From the IMG/VR virus record IMGVR_UViG_3300037558_000312, positions 1-25,037 of that record: DNA of 25,037 bases; one strand, 5' to 3'. Within the stretch, counting starts at the first letter, position 1, and every line of letters starts with the position of its first letter. Made by a program: the position numbers and the translations under genes. This document shows positions 1 through 8,667 of the stretch, piece after piece. This DNA is from a virus. Its lineage: Duplodnaviria > Caudoviricetes. The notes below the pieces were generated by a model that worked only from the letters and a program-made list of their open reading frames with translations, had not been told where the DNA came from and searched no databases.

Positions 1-38
1 GCACTTTGTAAGCCAGCTTTAAAATCTTTAAAACTCAT
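1..38 (-). CDS. 5' end of a gene running off the left edge (MSFKDFKAGLQS...), hypothetical protein
   Basis: ATG at 36-38 overlaps the PAAR stop (ATGA coupling); frame is open to the window edge. Confidence 0.6.
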   Translation of the reverse strand, partial: MSFKDFKAGLQS

Positions 39-340
39 TGTACTGTTTGCCCCCCGCCTGCTCTGACATTTGGACTAGCACTACTAGCATTTGGTCCACA
101 ATGTGGCGGTATAGGACATAAACTATCCGGACCAGCAGGATCTCCATTGAGTATAACTGGACGATTTTCAACTCTAACTTTACCAACAGTGTCGGTTGCT
201 CGTAATGGGCCGCCGCCATGGGTGTTTGGATCAGCGTCTATACTGACCCATCTGTTGTTTGCTCTTACTGTATTTTGTTGGGCGACAGTTGTTGCACCGC
301 AAATTCTACTATCACCTTGTCTATGAACATATCTTGCCAT
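35..340 (-). CDS. PAAR-motif baseplate spike tip protein (T4 gp5.4-like)
   Basis: 101 aa; PAAR-like repeats VHRQGD / VSIDAD..THGG / VILNGD; Cys/His metal ligands; ends in 'SASPNVRAG'; preceded by TATAAATA. Confidence 0.8.
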   Translation of the reverse strand: MARYVHRQGDSRICGATTVAQQNTVRANNRWVSIDADPNTHGGGPLRATDTVGKVRVENRPVILNGDPAGPDSLCPIPPHCGPNASSASPNVRAGGGQTVQ

Positions 341-345
341 GCAAG

Positions 346-353
346 TATTTATA
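346..353 (-). promoter_or_regulatory. T4-type late promoter TATAAATA
   Basis: Exact T4 late consensus 5 nt upstream of the PAAR ATG; contains the TAA stop of the upstream gene. Confidence 0.75.
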
Positions 354-699
354 AAAGTCCTGTGAGCTTTTCTGTATCTGACCTATCTGGCAGTGCAATA
401 CCAGTAGAACCTTTCATATACACATCACTAATGCCCTTAGATGGCTTATACATAGCAACGATTTGATCTTGACTAACTGTAACTGGGTCACTACTTTTTA
501 CATCCATACTCATTAGCCATGGAATAAGCATTGCTTGACCGTTTTGTGGGTTTAGTGTTAGTACTGTTGGTTTTATGATGTGTAAAATTTTATCACCATA
601 TACTGAGTCAAAGTTGTCAAATCTTGCTACTACTTCCTCACCTGTACTTAATTTTATGCCTACAATATCATTCTTTTTATAACCGGATGTCACCAACAT
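349..699 (-). CDS. Sm-like (LSm/Hfq-fold) phage protein
   Basis: 'IKLSTGEEVVA...IIKP...LIPW...V...QIV' pattern typical of T4-like/cyanophage Sm-like proteins; AGGAG RBS before ATG at 699. Confidence 0.55.
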   Translation of the reverse strand: MLVTSGYKKNDIVGIKLSTGEEVVARFDNFDSVYGDKILHIIKPTVLTLNPQNGQAMLIPWLMSMDVKSSDPVTVSQDQIVAMYKPSKGISDVYMKGSTGIALPDRSDTEKLTGLL

Positions 700-949
700 C
701 AATTTCTCCTATGAGTTCTCTTACCATTTTTGGATCCATACGAACAAGTGCTTGCCCACCTCCTGCTACCAGTAGTTTTCCATTATTATAAATTTGAGGC
801 ATAGTTCTATGCCCTTCACTTATCAAAAACTCTCTAGCTTCAAGATTGGTATCCACTCGTATTTCTTCGTATTCGAATCCGTTTGTTTCAAGGTATTGTT
901 TAGCCATTGTGCAATAATGACACAATGGCTTACTATATACTGTAATCAC
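677..949 (-). CDS. Glutaredoxin (NrdC/NrdH-like)
   Basis: VYSKPLCHYC redox motif, cis-Pro TMPQI, GG motif; lies directly after nrdB. Confidence 0.92.
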   Translation of the reverse strand: MITVYSKPLCHYCTMAKQYLETNGFEYEEIRVDTNLEAREFLISEGHRTMPQIYNNGKLLVAGGGQALVRMDPKMVRELIGEIDVGDIRL

Positions 950-2073
950 AATTTCATCCCTTGGAATGTGCTACCGTTAACATCTTGCTTAGTGCCGCCA
1001 ATAACGTAACTACTAATCTCAGTTTCTTGTGGTGCTACTTGTACTTCTGCGCCTGCAATCCACTTTTGTGTCCAAGGTAAAGGATTACTTACACCTTTGT
1101 ATGGACTTTCAAGTCCAACTGCCGTCATACGTTTATTAGCAGTCCATTCAACATATTCACCCAATAGTTGTGCATTTAGTCCAATCATTGATCCGTCCTT
1201 AAACAAATAGTCTGCCCAGGCTTTCTCTTGGTCCACTGCATCTACAAATAGTTGCACCATTTCGTCCCGAGTTTCTTCTTGGATACGAGCAAAGTCGGGA
1301 TCATCTTTGGGCATCAGTTTTAGTAATGTTTGGGTACTACCCAAATGTACATTCTCATCTCTACAAATAAGTTTAATAATCTTAGCATTGCCTTCCATCT
1401 TTTTAAGTTCAGCAAATGCCCAGCTACATGCAAATGATACATAAAAGCGAACACCTTCAAGAATGTTTACACTCATCATTGCTTTCCAAATTAGCTTTTT
1501 AAGATCGTACAGATCAACTTTAATTTTCTTACCGTTAACTGTATGTGTACCTTCACCTAGTAGGTTGTACCACATGCCCATTTCAATAAGATCATCATAG
1601 TGCTTGCTAATATCGCCTGCACAATCCATAATCTCACTAATATCCATCATACCATCAAAGATAATACTAGGGTTTGAGTACACATTACGAATAATATGTG
1701 TGTAACTACGACTGTGAATAGTTTCGTTAAATGTCCATGTTGTTACCCAATTTTCAAGTTCGGGTAAACTTACCAGTGGATTGAAACTGTCTGCAGGAGC
1801 TCGACCTTGAACACTGTCCAATAAGATCTGGCGTTTTAAGTTACTTGTAAAAATATGTTGTTCGTGGTCTGTCAACTCTTTAAAGTCTTTTGCATCACGC
1901 AACACATCTACTTCTTCGGGTCTCCAAAAGAAACCCAACTGTTTGTCAGTTAGTTTGTCAAACTGACGATACTTCAAAGTATCATAGCGTTGAATATCAA
2001 CGCCTCCGTTCGGATCTAGGAACATTAAACTTTCGAGGTGCTTGTTCCGTTGATTTGCATTTAATACACTCAT
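946..2073 (-). CDS. nrdB: Ribonucleotide reductase class Ia beta subunit
   Basis: [23 protein letters not shown] (radical Tyr), [9 protein letters not shown], DENVH iron ligands, C-terminal VAPQE.E..SY. Confidence 0.97.
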   Translation of the reverse strand: [375 protein letters not shown]

Positions 2074-2085
2074 TGCTTCTCTTTC

Positions 2086-4389
2086 TTATATTACACAGCT
2101 TTCGCAGTCTTCTTCTTCAAATTCATCTTCGTCTACAGTTATATTACTTGATTCATTTAATTTGTCAATATCTAATTCACCTTGTCCATCATAGGTGTTG
2201 AAATAATACAACTGTTTACCACCGTATTTGTAGAAGATCATTAAATGTCTTAGCATTTCACTCATGCTAATCTTTTCATCTTCATAAAATACTGGATTGT
2301 AACTAGTATTAACACTAATGCCCTGGTCAATATACTTTTGTAATACTGCCATAATTTGTAAGTATCCTTCTGGGCTTCGTTGATCCCATAGTAATTCATA
2401 CTTGTTCTTTAGCTTGTGTATACTTGGCACCACTTGTTTTAGGACACCATGTTTACTTTGCTTGACACTTACAAGACTGCGAGGTGGTTCAATGCCGTTT
2501 GTAGCATTGCTTATTTGTGCTGATGTTTCAGCTGGCATTAGTGCCATTAGTGTTGAATTTCTAATTCCTGTACGCTTTAGTTGATCTCTTAGTTCTCTCC
2601 AAGGCATACGTTCTTTGTGTGCGACTAGTTCGTCTACATCTTGTTTGTATGTTTGGTTAGGTGTAAGTCCATTATGATATTTGGTTTGATCACTCCACAA
2701 ACATGCACCTTGCTCTTCAGCTAGGTCTGCACTTGCTTTGATTAGATAGTAACTCCATGCTTCTGCAAATTCGTCAATCATTTCCAAGTTTGGTTGTGTA
2801 TATGACATATTGTTTTTCGCCATCCAAAATGCCAAGTTAATAATACCAACACCCAACGGACGTCTGCCTTCTGTTGCATTTTGTGCCGCCTTTACAGGAT
2901 AGTCTTGATATGTTAATAGTGCATCAAGTCCTCTAACAGCTAGTTCACAAGGCTTTGCAAATTCTTCAGGTGTTTTAATTTTACCCCAATTGATAGCACT
3001 CAATGTACACAATGCAATTTCACCTTCTTCGTCATTGAAGTCGTTAAGAGGTTTAGTTGGCAAATCAATCTCTGCACATAGGTTGCTTTGTCTAATTGGT
3101 GCAACTTCTTCTATAAAGCTACTGTGACTATTTGCATTATCTACATTTTGTAGATAAATTCTACCTGTGTTTTTACGCTCTTCCATAAACATACTAAACA
3201 ATTCTGTTGCACCGATTGTTTTCTTGCGTAGTCTTGTATTGCGTTCTGCACGTTCGTATAGTTCTTTAAACTTGTCTTGGTCTGCAAAAAATGCTTCGTA
3301 CAAACCAGGAACATCGCTAGGTGAGAATAATGTAATTTCTCCGTTGCTAATTAATCTTTCATAAAACAATTTGTTAAACTGTACACCATAGTCCATATGA
3401 CGCACACGGTTATCGTCTGTACCTTTGTTATTCTTAAGTACGAGTAGGTCTTCTACTTCATAGTGCCAGATTGGATAGTATAGTGTTGCCGCTCCGTTTC
3501 GCACTCCGCCTTGACTACAACTCCTTGTTGCACTTTGAAACATTTTGTAGAATGGTACGACTCCTGTGTGATAGGCGTCACCCTTACGAATGGGACTTCC
3601 GAGAGCCCGTATATTGCCGGCGCCGATTCCAATTCCTGCTTTTGCTGAAACATACTTAACGATGCTACTAGTAGTAGCATTGATGCTATCAAGGCTATCG
3701 TCAGTCTCAATAAGGACGCATGACGAAAATTGGCGTTGTGGAGTTCTAACGCCAGCCATGACAGGAGTAGGAAGGCTAATATAAAATAATGAAACTGCGT
3801 CATAATAATCCTTTACCCATTGCAATCTTGTTTCTCTCGGGTATTCAGCAAACAATGTTGCTGAGATTAGCATGTACGCCATTTGTGGAGTTTCTTTGAT
3901 TATATTTGTAACACGATTTTGTACAAGATACTTGCCACGCCATTGTTCCATAGCGGCATATGTCATAGTTTCATCTCTGTCGTGTTTAAGATGCGAATTT
4001 AATTCATCCCATTCTTCGTCTGTGTAGTTTTCTAATAGACTTGAATCGTAGAATCCTTCGTCTACATTGGTCTTAATTAGTTCAAGTATATGCCACGGAT
4101 CGTATTGTCCGTAAACCATTTTGCGAAGGTGATACACAATTAGTCGTCCAGCTACCCACTGATAGTTTGGTTGTTCTTCACTAATTAAATCTGCCGCACT
4201 TTTAATGAGTGTTTCTTGAATCTCACTACTGGTAATACCACTATAAAATTGTAAACTGCTTTTAATTTCTACTTCACTTGCACTAACACCGTTAAGATTT
4301 TCACACGCTGAAAATACTACTTTATGCAACTTTTCTAAATCTAATGTGTCTTTATTACCATTTCGTTTGACTACTTGAATTTCACTCAT
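2086..4389 (-). CDS. nrdA: Ribonucleotide reductase class Ia alpha subunit with N-terminal ATP cone
   Basis: VVKRNG ATP cone, PTPVMAG, FSSCVL, SQGGVRNG, SNLCAE, CTLSAIN, MPAETS, C-terminal CESC. Confidence 0.97.
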   Translation of the reverse strand: MSEIQVVKRNGNKDTLDLEKLHKVVFSACENLNGVSASEVEIKSSLQFYSGITSSEIQETLIKSAADLISEEQPNYQWVAGRLIVYHLRKMVYGQYDPWHILELIKTNVDEGFYDSSLLENYTDEEWDELNSHLKHDRDETMTYAAMEQWRGKYLVQNRVTNIIKETPQMAYMLISATLFAEYPRETRLQWVKDYYDAVSLFYISLPTPVMAGVRTPQRQFSSCVLIETDDSLDSINATTSSIVKYVSAKAGIGIGAGNIRALGSPIRKGDAYHTGVVPFYKMFQSATRSCSQGGVRNGAATLYYPIWHYEVEDLLVLKNNKGTDDNRVRHMDYGVQFNKLFYERLISNGEITLFSPSDVPGLYEAFFADQDKFKELYERAERNTRLRKKTIGATELFSMFMEERKNTGRIYLQNVDNANSHSSFIEEVAPIRQSNLCAEIDLPTKPLNDFNDEEGEIALCTLSAINWGKIKTPEEFAKPCELAVRGLDALLTYQDYPVKAAQNATEGRRPLGVGIINLAFWMAKNNMSYTQPNLEMIDEFAEAWSYYLIKASADLAEEQGACLWSDQTKYHNGLTPNQTYKQDVDELVAHKERMPWRELRDQLKRTGIRNSTLMALMPAETSAQISNATNGIEPPRSLVSVKQSKHGVLKQVVPSIHKLKNKYELLWDQRSPEGYLQIMAVLQKYIDQGISVNTSYNPVFYEDEKISMSEMLRHLMIFYKYGGKQLYYFNTYDGQGELDIDKLNESSNITVDEDEFEEEDCESCVI

Positions 4390-4452
4390 TATTGTTTTTC
4401 CTTCTCATCTGTGTATCTCTGTACTTATTAACCACTTGAACCAAGTTATGTA

Positions 4453-4905
4453 TCAGCATTTGATTACGTCCGCAATTTTTTTGCGGAAGCTAATAGATAT
4501 GTTTTCGGTTGGTAGTGTACTTATCGATCCGTGCTCGTAATTAAGCAGATACTTATTGTCAATCCATGCACATAATTGTTGTGTGCTATTATTTCTATCT
4601 GTAATATACATTAACTCGTTGGGTATAGTTTCATTTGCATAATGTATTGTGTAACTCATTCCTAATGCCATACTATCTTCACAAAAGTTTCCACTGTGTA
4701 ACATCTCCCATGGAGTGGGCCATGTATTACTTTCTACTGGATCGATTGTCATACTAGATATAGGAGCGGTCTTCCACCATTCTACTACTGTCTTGCACAC
4801 TTGTTCTGTATGGTTTGTATCAAGCCCCTTACGGAATTGTCTCCACAAACTAAGTCTTATACGTGGAGACTCATACCAGGCTTGATTCTTTAGTTGCTGT
4901 TCCAA
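4453..4905 (-). CDS. Hypothetical protein, possible transglutaminase-like (BTLCP-type) fold
   Basis: WPTPWEMLHSGNFCEDSMALG resembles the BTLCP W.TP.E.L..G.GDCED.A motif; TTG start overlapping the upstream gene. Confidence 0.5.
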   Translation of the reverse strand: MEQQLKNQAWYESPRIRLSLWRQFRKGLDTNHTEQVCKTVVEWWKTAPISSMTIDPVESNTWPTPWEMLHSGNFCEDSMALGMSYTIHYANETIPNELMYITDRNNSTQQLCAWIDNKYLLNYEHGSISTLPTENISISFRKKIADVIKC

Positions 4906-5549
4906 AGTTGATATGTATATTTAAATTTTGTTATAAGGTTATCCGCATCAGTATACTGCAACTTCATTTGACCTGCTGTTGCAGTGTTCAAATTGAATGT
5001 TATACCTACTGCGGCTGTTTGGGTCATGTTGTCATCTATTGCACTAGCACTAGCACTACCGTCCCATAATATTCTAAGCCTACCAGCTCTTACACCGGCT
5101 GTACTTTCCAATGAATAATTTATAATTGCAATGTTATACAAGCTAGTATCTACAACAAAGCCAGTATCAGCATTAGTTCCATTAGCAGGTAAACTAATTT
5201 CACTTGGAATTGTAACATCACTAACAATATCTACTTCGCTATTAAATCCAACAGTAATTGCACCAGTAGGAGCACTTGCAAAAGTTATTGTTGTACCTGC
5301 AATCGTAAATGTACTAGCGTTAACAGGACTACCTGCAACTGATACTGTTGTTATATTTGGTTTACTTAGTGAAAGAGGCAACGTAAAATCAGTTAGTACA
5401 CCATTTCCAGTACCAACATTTACTACATCATTACCAATAAAAAGACGTCTACTGTCTTTTGCATATCCTAATTCGCCTGGGTCTAGCACAGGCAAGTCAG
5501 TAAAATTACCTTGTCTGACCCTTATCTTGCTTATTCTTGTTGTTGCCAT
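4890..5549 (-). CDS. Virion structural/tail protein with Mtd_N-like N-terminal motif
   Basis: IRVRQG...LDPGELGY..D..RLFIG N-terminus; Thr/Gly/Ala/Ser-rich beta body; CATAAATA box (5568-5575) and AGGAG upstream. Confidence 0.65.
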   Translation of the reverse strand: MATTRISKIRVRQGNFTDLPVLDPGELGYAKDSRRLFIGNDVVNVGTGNGVLTDFTLPLSLSKPNITTVSVAGSPVNASTFTIAGTTITFASAPTGAITVGFNSEVDIVSDVTIPSEISLPANGTNADTGFVVDTSLYNIAIINYSLESTAGVRAGRLRILWDGSASASAIDDNMTQTAAVGITFNLNTATAGQMKLQYTDADNLITKFKYTYQLWNSN

Positions 5550-5570
5550 CTTTCGCTCCTGATACAGTAT

Positions 5571-6236
5571 TTATGACAAGTTGTAGAACTCTTCGACTCT
5601 CCGAGCCCATTTTTCTGTCCAATGTTCAAATTCATCTGGCCCTACTTCCCATAGTTGCCAATTGCAATCTCTACTACACATAAAAATTGCCGCATGTTTA
5701 ATATCTGTTCCAAATACTTCATTGTGTGCCATGCCATATGCCGCGGCTTGCATAAAGTAATCGTCGATCCATTCACGCTTTTTAGGTTTGTTAGTTTGTT
5801 TAAAATCCATAATACAATGATTGCCTTTGTATATGCCCACTAGGTCTGTAGTACCTGCATATAATCCTGGATAGCACAAGTTTACTTCACTGCCCCAAAC
5901 TTCTTGGATATCGGGTTCTACATTCTTAATAACAGTTTCTGCCATCATCTTAGCTTGTAACATATTAGTACCTGTGTATTCCTTATTAAGGCTCCATGAT
6001 TCTAACATGTTGTGCATAATTGTGCCTACGTTTGCGGCTTCAGTTACAATTTCCTGTGCTTTCTTTTCACCTACACGCTTTTTCCAAGCATTAAGATGTG
6101 TCATGTCTTTAGTCTTGCTGAGTATAGTTGTTACACTAGGCACAGGCTCGCCATAAGGATTTTCGTAGAGGCGTTTACCGCCTACACTTTTTCGTTTAAA
6201 TTCTTCATACTTGTAGGGTGTAGTAATTTTTAACAT
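5571..6236 (-). CDS. PD-(D/E)XK exonuclease (MGME1/Cas4-like phage exonuclease)
   Basis: PSVTTIL, GTIMH, E..L....YAGTTD, IMDFKQT, QAAAY motifs. Confidence 0.88.
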   Translation of the reverse strand: MLKITTPYKYEEFKRKSVGGKRLYENPYGEPVPSVTTILSKTKDMTHLNAWKKRVGEKKAQEIVTEAANVGTIMHNMLESWSLNKEYTGTNMLQAKMMAETVIKNVEPDIQEVWGSEVNLCYPGLYAGTTDLVGIYKGNHCIMDFKQTNKPKKREWIDDYFMQAAAYGMAHNEVFGTDIKHAAIFMCSRDCNWQLWEVGPDEFEHWTEKWARRVEEFYNLS

Positions 6237-6242
6237 AGTGTT

Positions 6243-6271
6243 AATATAGCACCAGTCTAATTAGTTGTCAA
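6243..6271 (-). promoter_or_regulatory. Sigma70-type promoter for the exonuclease gene
   Basis: TTGACA(6271-6266), 17-nt spacer ending TGC (extended -10), TATATT(6248-6243), then 6 nt to ATG. Confidence 0.8.
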
Positions 6272-6372
6272 TGCCAACTTTGCCATCTTGGATCAAAATA
6301 AGCTAAAATTATAGAAAGTATAATACAAACAATCGTAGCTTGCTGGTTCCCACTAAGTGAGCTCCATAACAT
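6268..6372 (-). CDS. Small membrane peptide, 34 aa (MLWSSLSGNQQATIVCIILSIILAYFDPRWQSWH)
   Basis: Read manually (below the ORF-track cutoff); fills the intergenic gap; one hydrophobic stretch. Confidence 0.45.
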   Translation of the reverse strand: MLWSSLSGNQQATIVCIILSIILAYFDPRWQSWH

Positions 6373-6379
6373 TACAAAT

Positions 6380-7000
6380 TTAATATGTTATCTGCCATTT
6401 AATTGTTTTACCTGTGGTAACATTTTTTAAACGTTCGATGGTATAACCTAAGTTTTTAAAGTATAGTTCAACTTGATTCATTTGATCTGTTTTTGCTCTA
6501 TCTTGTGTACTACCATCCCATGTAGTAAAGTAAGCAACACTCAAAGGGTTAGTTGCTGTACTAGTTGCGGCTGTTAAACCTAAGTCTGTATTAGCAGTGC
6601 CTGCTCCTACAACAAATGTCCATGTAGTTGCCGCTGGTGCAGTATATGTTAACACAAGATTGTCGCTGGCATTTTTACTTGCTACCAATCCTGGTACAGC
6701 CGCATCATTGATGTCAGCTATAACTGCATTTAAACTAAGTCCAGTTGTTCCTAGTGTAACTGTTTGTCCACCAAGTATTACAGTTGGTGTTGCAGTAATA
6801 GTTGGATTAGCAACACTACCTGTTACTACAATAGTTGGTGTGCTTTCGGTCATTGTAGTTCCATCACTAATAGTTGTTTCATATAAACCATTTCCTGCAT
6901 CTGTGATTACTTGTTTCATAATAGCTTGTGTCTCATTAAAGATAGTAAGGTCAGCTCTTGCTATAGTTCTTGCTTGTGTTTTATTAATAGTATAGCTCAT
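6380..7000 (-). CDS. Virion structural protein
   Basis: Thr/Ala/Gly-rich; contains an 'IADINDAAVPGLVAS...LVLT...LGL' insertion domain seen in sheath/fibre-like proteins. Confidence 0.55.
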   Translation of the reverse strand: MSYTINKTQARTIARADLTIFNETQAIMKQVITDAGNGLYETTISDGTTMTESTPTIVVTGSVANPTITATPTVILGGQTVTLGTTGLSLNAVIADINDAAVPGLVASKNASDNLVLTYTAPAATTWTFVVGAGTANTDLGLTAATSTATNPLSVAYFTTWDGSTQDRAKTDQMNQVELYFKNLGYTIERLKNVTTGKTIKWQITY

Positions 7001-7311
7001 TTATTCATATCCTTACTAATTTGTTTTTTTGCCATTTTTGATACAGTGTCATCTTCTGGATCAGCGTCGGAACGGGGTAACGCTGTATCCAGTGTGATGT
7101 CTTTCTTGTTAGCTGAGCCAACACTAGTAATAGTTGCTAATAAATCCATTAGACTAGTAATATCTATACTGTGTCCAATGGCACGAAGTTTTGCTAAAAC
7201 CATGTTTGTTGGTATTTTAAATTTACCATTAGCTTTTGCCCTAGTGATCATTTCCTCTAGGTCATTTAAAATATCGCTCTGATCTTCGCATATAACTTCG
7301 TTAATTAACAT
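6997..7311 (-). CDS. Hypothetical protein (probable internal head protein)
   Basis: Coupled to neighbours by stop/start overlaps; MLINEVICE N-terminus. Confidence 0.7.
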   Translation of the reverse strand: MLINEVICEDQSDILNDLEEMITRAKANGKFKIPTNMVLAKLRAIGHSIDITSLMDLLATITSVGSANKKDITLDTALPRSDADPEDDTVSKMAKKQISKDMNK

Positions 7312-8636
7312 TATTTTTTAAGCCTTGCCATACCACCAAATCTCTTTACTCCTGATCCTGCATCAGTATTTGATCCTCCATCTTGCATACGATTAACAAA
7401 CGATTGCATAGCATCAAAGCCTTGATCACCTTTTCTTAGATCCGCAGTTCTAAGTCCACCAGTATTTGGTTTTACTGGTCTTGAGCCACCAGTTGGTGGT
7501 GTTTGTACACCAGGTGTAAAACCTCTTTTGTTTTGCAATCTAGCATCAGGTGTTCCTTTTTTAGGTGTAAAACCTCTTTTGTTTTGCAAGTTAGCTGGTG
7601 GTACTTGTTGACCTGGAGTAAATCCTCTTTTGTTGTCTAAATTATTAATAGGTCCAAATTGTCTTGAACTTGCACTGCCTTGGGGGCCTTGGTCAGTATC
7701 GACAGTATTAATTTGGGGTTTCATCATTTTACCAGTATTAAGTGTTCTGGTATCCATTTGTTTTTGTCCATATGGATCTTTTTCTTGCAAGTCTAGTTCG
7801 CTAATAATATTAATAAAGTGCTCTTGAGACATAGTTCCGCTTTCAACCATTTTAAAGAGCTTGTCTTTACTCTCTAGGAACTTTTTTTCAGCTAACGCAC
7901 CCTTCTCCATATTAGCAATAGCACTTTCGCCTTTTAGTTCTCTGCCTACTGGATTTTCTTCCCCAGCCGCGGCTTGATCGCCACCAAATTCGTCTGCACT
8001 CATGTCGTCCATTGGAGCTTCTGGATCCATATCAGTGTCGCTCATACCCATTTCAGTTGGAGCAGGCGCCGCTGGTTGTTCACCTCTAGCTGTTAATGTT
8101 GCATTTTCCAATGCATCTTTTGCACTTTTCATTTGGTCTAGCAATGCACCCAATGCGCCATCTGCGGCGGCATTATATGCTTCAGCTACTTCAAATCCAA
8201 CCTGCTGTTTCATTGCATCTACGATTGGCATAAGTTTTTGTACTTGCATTTCTGCTACATCTTCTACCATTTTTTGCATTTCGTCAACTAGTTCTTGTGC
8301 GGCTAGTAATACTTCTGCTTGATCCAAATCAGCTTCCATTACTGTGCTTTCTTTGGTTTTCATATGCTTGCCGTCAGATCTAGCTGGTGCAAGTTCTGTA
8401 ATATATGTTTTAAGTTGATGTTGAATCAACCCTAGTTTGTTGTACTGTGGATTTTCCCAGTACTTGAGATCGCTCTCTTTAATTGATTGTATTTTAGCAT
8501 TTGTTGTTGACAACATTCTGTTAAGAGATTCAAAATTCATAGACGATAGGTCAACCTCATGGTCAAACGTGTCGGCTAAGATTTTGTTTAACTTCTTAAC
8601 ACTATGTTGTGCTGAGTTTAAATCATTTAGATACAT
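7311..8636 (-). CDS. Acidic helical prohead core/scaffold-like protein with low-complexity C-terminal tail
   Basis: Coiled-coil region EADLDQAEVLLAAQELVDEMQKMVED; acidic linker; several hydrophobic-x-E sites; TATAAATA at 8660-8667. Confidence 0.6.
   Translation of the reverse strand: MYLNDLNSAQHSVKKLNKILADTFDHEVDLSSMNFESLNRMLSTTNAKIQSIKESDLKYWENPQYNKLGLIQHQLKTYITELAPARSDGKHMKTKESTVMEADLDQAEVLLAAQELVDEMQKMVEDVAEMQVQKLMPIVDAMKQQVGFEVAEAYNAAADGALGALLDQMKSAKDALENATLTARGEQPAAPAPTEMGMSDTDMDPEAPMDDMSADEFGGDQAAAGEENPVGRELKGESAIANMEKGALAEKKFLESKDKLFKMVESGTMSQEHFINIISELDLQEKDPYGQKQMDTRTLNTGKMMKPQINTVDTDQGPQGSASSRQFGPINNLDNKRGFTPGQQVPPANLQNKRGFTPKKGTPDARLQNKRGFTPGVQTPPTGGSRPVKPNTGGLRTADLRKGDQGFDAMQSFVNRMQDGGSNTDAGSGVKRFGGMARLKK
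7509..7643 (-). repeat. Three imperfect 51-nt (17-aa period) coding repeats L(D/Q)NKRGFTP(G/K)
   Basis: Repeat cores near 7510, 7561 and 7612, spaced exactly 51 nt apart. Confidence 0.85.
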
Positions 8637-8659
8637 TGTATATTCCCGTTCCTTTAATG

Positions 8660-8667
8660 TATTTATA
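8660..8667 (-). promoter_or_regulatory. T4-type late promoter TATAAATA
   Basis: Exact consensus; overlaps the upstream TAA stop. Confidence 0.75.

Noticed and set aside
3453-3803. 116-aa alternative-frame minus-strand ORF inside nrdA with hydrophobic stretches
   Set aside because: It is fully nested in a highly conserved region of nrdA, has no clear RBS, and is probably a by-product of codon usage
946-4389. Introns, inteins or homing endonucleases in nrdA/nrdB, common in T4-like phages
   Set aside because: Both ORFs are uninterrupted and of normal length (767 and 375 aa)
4434-4446. Small inverted repeat ACTTG-aac-CAAGT upstream of nrdA
   Set aside because: Only 5 bp with no U tract, and it does not match an NrdR box; too weak to call
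5571-6236. Cas4 / CRISPR association of the nuclease
   Set aside because: It lacks the four-Cys Fe-S cluster pattern of Cas4 and has no array or cas neighbours; it is a typical phage exonuclease
7509-7643. CRISPR-like array (repeats with short spacers)
   Set aside because: The repeats are in-frame, degenerate at synonymous positions and encode a peptide motif; no cas genes or leader
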